From an uncultured delta proteobacterium (lineage in GTDB: Bacteria; Desulfobacterota; Desulfomonilia; UBA1062): DNA of 64,000 bases. Of this stretch, positions 60,138 through 64,000 are shown in pieces; the first letter of the stretch is position 1; the number at the start of each line of letters is the position of its first letter. Under the pieces are notes generated by a model. The model searched no databases. It had not been told where the DNA came from and was given only the letters and a program-made list of their open reading frames with translations. The translations under genes and the position numbers were made by a program. The stretch covers positions 96,001 to 160,000 of the forward strand of contig CAWAUM010000001.1 of the NCBI GenBank assembly GCA_963785235.1. The letters run 5' to 3'.

Positions 60138-60231
60138 TGAGCCGCGTTTTATCAGCTCGACATGCAAAAGGTTAAGTCTGGAGGGTCTTTTTGTTAAATG
60201 GGCAGGAGGTTCAGCAGGATCCGTAGACTGT

Positions 60232-60606
60232 TTACCGGTCCGCCTCCAGCAGGCTCATCACCTTGAAAAGGATGATGTGTGCAGGTGAAGGCTTTACGAG
60301 ATAGAGGTTTGCCCCTGAATCATAGGCGAGCTTCTTGTTTTCCTGTGTTGAGTCTGTGGTGAGCATGATAATGGGGAGATCCCTGTACAGGGGGTCCTGC
60401 CTTACTGAAGTGATGAATTCGATGCCGTCCATGTTGGGCATGTTCAGGTCTGAGATGATGAGCTTGATCTCCGGGTTCTGTGAGAGTTTTTCCAGTGCGT
60501 CGAAACCGTCCGAGGCCTCGATGCATCTTAGATTCTTTGTCTTGAGGGTATGTGTGAGAAATTTCCTCACTGTACTTGAGTCATCAACAATCAGGACCGT
60601 TTCCAT
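60232..60606 (-). CDS. CheY-like single-domain response regulator
   Basis: VDDS, SDLNMPNMDG, MLTT, YLVKP; GGAGG RBS before ATG 60606. Confidence 0.92.
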   Translation of the reverse strand: METVLIVDDSSTVRKFLTHTLKTKNLRCIEASDGFDALEKLSQNPEIKLIISDLNMPNMDGIEFITSVRQDPLYRDLPIIMLTTDSTQENKKLAYDSGANLYLVKPSPAHIILFKVMSLLEADR

Positions 60607-60622
60607 GAACGATAACCTCCGC

Positions 60623-61483
60623 CTATTCCTTCTTATACCCCAGAGCCCCGGGGAAATGTACAAGCTTGAAAGCCCTTGAAATATTGTGCAAAGATTCCGA
60701 GTGGCCGATGAAGAGATAACCGCCATGGTTCAGGCTGTCATAGAGCTGAGAAACAAACCTCTTCCTGGCTGAGTCATCGAAGTAGATGAGAACGTTTCTG
60801 CAGAAAATGACGTCAAACCCCTTCATGATCTGTACCCGCTTGACATCATTGAGGTTGAGGTACTGGAGATCCACCAGGCCGTGAACATCCTCAATGAGTC
60901 GGTATGAGCTCCCTTCCTGAATGAAAAATGTCTGCTTCACCTCAGGCGGTACCGAGCGCAGTGCGTAGTCACTGTACATGGCAGCCTTGGCCGAGCGCAG
61001 TGCCTTTTCACTGATGTCACTGGCAACGATCTTTATGTCCCAGTTGGGACACCGGTTATTCAAGACCTCCTTGATCACGATGCCCATGGTGTAGGGTTCC
61101 TCACCCGTAGAACAACCGGCAGACCAGAGGCGGAGCTGGGGGTCTTGCTGCTTATCTTTGCGGGCGATGATATCGGGAAGCACCTTTTCCTGGAACGCCT
61201 GGATCTGTGGCGGGCTCCGGAAGAAGCTTGTCTCGTTGGTGGTCACCGAGTCAAACAACGCCATCAGTTCACGTGCTGCCTGGGGATCATATCTGAGCAG
61301 GTAATAGTATTTATCATAATTGGCAAGGTTGTTGGCCTTCAATCGCGTGGCGAGCCTGGTCTCAAGCTGGCCCTTTTTGGTGTCGGCAAAGTAGATGCCG
61401 GACTGTTCATAGATAAAGTCGCGTAACAGGATGAAGGTCTCGTCAGTCATTTTTGGGCAGGTGCCCCCTGAGCTCTCATCCAT
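60623..61483 (-). CDS. cheR: Chemotaxis protein-glutamate O-methyltransferase
   Basis: TTNETSFFR, WSAGCSTGEEPY, SDIS, FCRNVLIYFD, IGHSESL. Confidence 0.95.
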   Translation of the reverse strand: MDESSGGTCPKMTDETFILLRDFIYEQSGIYFADTKKGQLETRLATRLKANNLANYDKYYYLLRYDPQAARELMALFDSVTTNETSFFRSPPQIQAFQEKVLPDIIARKDKQQDPQLRLWSAGCSTGEEPYTMGIVIKEVLNNRCPNWDIKIVASDISEKALRSAKAAMYSDYALRSVPPEVKQTFFIQEGSSYRLIEDVHGLVDLQYLNLNDVKRVQIMKGFDVIFCRNVLIYFDDSARKRFVSQLYDSLNHGGYLFIGHSESLHNISRAFKLVHFPGALGYKKE

Positions 61484-62379
61484 TGGCCTTCTCCGCCGTG
61501 GTGGGATCCATGACCATGTCGATATAATTCTTCACCTGGTCGCCGATTGACTCCATCTCAAAGGTTATACGTTCTATGTCAAGGTCATCAACGGCATAGC
61601 CTCTTTCTTTGAGGACATTCCAGGCCTCTTCATCGGTCAGGATAAAGGACATCCGGTCGCCCCCGCAGGATAGCTCCTTGGCCTTTGCCAGGAGGTTCGA
61701 CATGGAGATGAGCGCAACCATATCCCGGTGCGTAGCCTGGGACGGCTGATGATGCCAGAGTATGACATCCCCGAGGTAGGCGGGCAGGTTCCATTTCTGG
61801 GCCAGGTAATAACCGACCTCCATATGGTTTGTCCCGCATAACTCCATCTCCGTCTCGTACATGGGCCTGTCCTTTTCAATGGACAGGTTATAGGCTGCAA
61901 CGAATTCGTCATGGAAGTACTGGTCGAGGACGATCTTGCCGATATCGTGCAGGAGACCGGCTACGAACTCCCTGCCCAGGGACCTCATGCCAAGCTTCTT
62001 GTCTATATATCTTGCAATAAGACCCGTGGCGACACTGTGATCCCAGAAACTCTCCCTGATGGAGACCTCTTTTGCGCGGTGGGACTTGAGTGCGGAAAAG
62101 ACCGAAAGCGAGGTGGTAATGTTGATGATCTCGGCCAGCCCCAGAAAAATAATGGCATGGTGCAGGGTCTCTACCTTCCGGTCACCCCTGCGGTAGAAGG
62201 TGGAATTGGCCATCTTCAGCACCTTTGCGGCCAGAGGGGGATCTTTGTGGATGGACTCGGCAATGCTTTGGATCGACACGTCCGCTTGGTGGGCAAGGCT
62301 CAAGACCTCAAGAGCTACAGAGGGTAGAGTAGGGAGATCGTCTATATTATTGATTCGCGTCGAGTATATGGGCCTGCAT
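61476..62379 (-). CDS. HDOD domain protein (frameshift near 62360)
   Basis: DLPTLPSVA, DPPLAAKVLKMANS, FWDHS, GLLHDIGK, WNLP...HH; ATG 62379 is out of frame by 1 nt. Confidence 0.9.
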
Positions 62380-62381
62380 CT

Positions 62382-64000
62382 TTAGAAGCTCACCCCCTGA
62401 AGCCTGTCAATGGCATCAACGATGGCGCGGGCCACATCCGGGTTCGGATCGTCAATATACTCTTCCAGTTCTGCAGCAAGTGCCTCTTCGTCCCACCCGG
62501 CAATGGTTTTTATTGCGGAGATCTTCAAAAAGTCCGACCCGCAGGTTAAGAGATCGAGGAGTTTTGTCTTGGCAGAAGCGTCTTTGAAGCTACCCAGCGC
62601 CTCAATGGCATGGGATGCAGCCCACATGTCATCACCGTCAATGGCGGCATGAAGGTTTTCTTTGAGTTCTTCGACCTTTTTCATCCCTATGATATCGAGC
62701 GCAGCGTACCTGATCTGCTCATGTGTATCAGCGAGCAGGGATTTGAGCATATCCGTGGTGATCGGCAGGTCCTTATCCCTGATGACCTTTACCGCCTCTG
62801 CCCTTACCTCCCAGTTTTCATCCTGCAACAGTTTTTCGGAAACCTGGTGGAGGCAGGGACTTTCCATGTGCTCAAGACCCCTTAATCCCGTGATGCGTTT
62901 GCCCTGATCGGAAGTTGAGGCCATATGCATGAATACCTCATGGGCACGCCCGGTCCCGATCATGACCACGGAAATCAGTGCCGTTTCACGCACATCGGGA
63001 TATTTATGACTTAAGTATGGCTCCATTACACTGATATCATCCGGATCGCCGTTTCTCGCAAGGGCCAGGAGTGATGACGAGATGACATGGCCATCAGAAT
63101 CCATGAGGAGCCTTCGGAACGTATCACATAAAGATGCCCCCCCGATGGATGCCAAGGCATCGGTCATGGCACGTTTTACATAGCCCTGGGCTGTAAAGAT
63201 CCTCTCGCATATCCGCGTGGCACCTTCATCCTTACCTATTCCTGCCAGGACGTTCGCAGCGAGGATTTTCAGTTTGTCTTCGGCATCGAGAAGTTTCACC
63301 ATAGCCTCTACGTCTCCGATCCGGCACAGGGCATCAGTGACTATTCCGAACTTCTCAGGGTGGGTGTCCGGGTCTGTGTTGCGGGCGAGCTCTACCATTG
63401 CCTGCACGCTGGCCTCATCGCCGATGCGGGGTAGTACCATGAGCATCTCGCTGAGCAGCTCTTCCTCAACATCGTTCAGATGCATATCGATGATGGTCTT
63501 GATGATGTGTGCGTCTTTATCCGGCAGTGAGGCGATTTCGTCAGGGGAGAGGATCTTCAGCAGGGCCTTGACGATCTCGGTTTCAATATATGCATTTGCG
63601 GTTTCGAGCATGGCGATCAGGGCGTTCACACACTGTTTGGGTTTTATCTTGCCGATTGTTTCCAGCAGTGCGGATACGGTGAGCTCGTCAAGACTCCACC
63701 TTTCGAGCTGTTCAAGGAGAAAACCAGCCGTATTCTCATGGGGTATCTGAGACAGGGCCTCTATGGCGGAGAAGCGGATCCATTCCTCGTCTTCGATCAG
63801 AGGCTTTATATATTCAAAGGCCTTTGGGTCTCCAAGGAGGCCAAGAGAAACTATTGCGGCATTGCGTATATTGGGATTCGGATCGGCGAGCCCTCCGATG
63901 AGCACGTCCACGCTCTCGGGGTTGCCGATGGTGCCTAAAATATCGAGCACAAAGAGCCTGATATCAGGATTTTCATCAACTGCAAGCCTGTGCATGACAT
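62382..64000 (-). CDS. HEAT-repeat protein (5' end outside window)
   Basis: Many D.....R..A...LG PBS-lyase-type HEAT repeats; upstream of HDOD-cheR-cheY. Confidence 0.92.
   Translation of the reverse strand, partial: VMHRLAVDENPDIRLFVLDILGTIGNPESVDVLIGGLADPNPNIRNAAIVSLGLLGDPKAFEYIKPLIEDEEWIRFSAIEALSQIPHENTAGFLLEQLERWSLDELTVSALLETIGKIKPKQCVNALIAMLETANAYIETEIVKALLKILSPDEIASLPDKDAHIIKTIIDMHLNDVEEELLSEMLMVLPRIGDEASVQAMVELARNTDPDTHPEKFGIVTDALCRIGDVEAMVKLLDAEDKLKILAANVLAGIGKDEGATRICERIFTAQGYVKRAMTDALASIGGASLCDTFRRLLMDSDGHVISSSLLALARNGDPDDISVMEPYLSHKYPDVRETALISVVMIGTGRAHEVFMHMASTSDQGKRITGLRGLEHMESPCLHQVSEKLLQDENWEVRAEAVKVIRDKDLPITTDMLKSLLADTHEQIRYAALDIIGMKKVEELKENLHAAIDGDDMWAASHAIEALGSFKDASAKTKLLDLLTCGSDFLKISAIKTIAGWDEEALAAELEEYIDDPNPDVARAIVDAIDRLQGVSF

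Overview
A 64 kb chromosomal window from what looks like an anaerobic deltaproteobacterium (Desulfobacterota-like; inferred from gene content only). It is mostly housekeeping and anaerobic metabolism: degP-like protease, dtd, trxAB, lpoB operon, ilvE, queE-queC-queF, apgM, ddl, glpABC, aldehyde:ferredoxin oxidoreductase, paaK-like ligase, pgk-tpiA-secG, a 2-oxoacid:ferredoxin oxidoreductase operon, three Hsp20 genes, radC, ntrYX, lpxC, tatA and tatBC, a Btu/Fec-type ABC transporter and the end of a HEAT-HDOD-CheR-CheY chemosensory cluster. I found no rRNA, tRNA, CRISPR array, transposase or phage gene. Two non-coding signals stand out. (1) A triple-tandem GEMM-I cyclic-dinucleotide riboswitch array (about 11430-11690) whose specificity nucleotide reads G, A, G, predicting c-di-GMP / 3',3'-cGAMP / c-di-GMP sensing. 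It follows an rrn-like boxB-boxA motif, precedes a secreted DUF6160/FilA-like protein and lies just downstream of a STAND-type class III nucleotide cyclase. (2) A dispersed 100-140 bp MITE/REP-like element with a perfect 22-24 bp hairpin that shows symmetric substitutions between copies; there are 4 clear and 3 diverged or partial copies, and two copies bracket a B12-radical SAM gene in inverted orientation. About ten otherwise conserved genes carry 1-2 nt frameshifts, most likely uncorrected sequencing or assembly indels.
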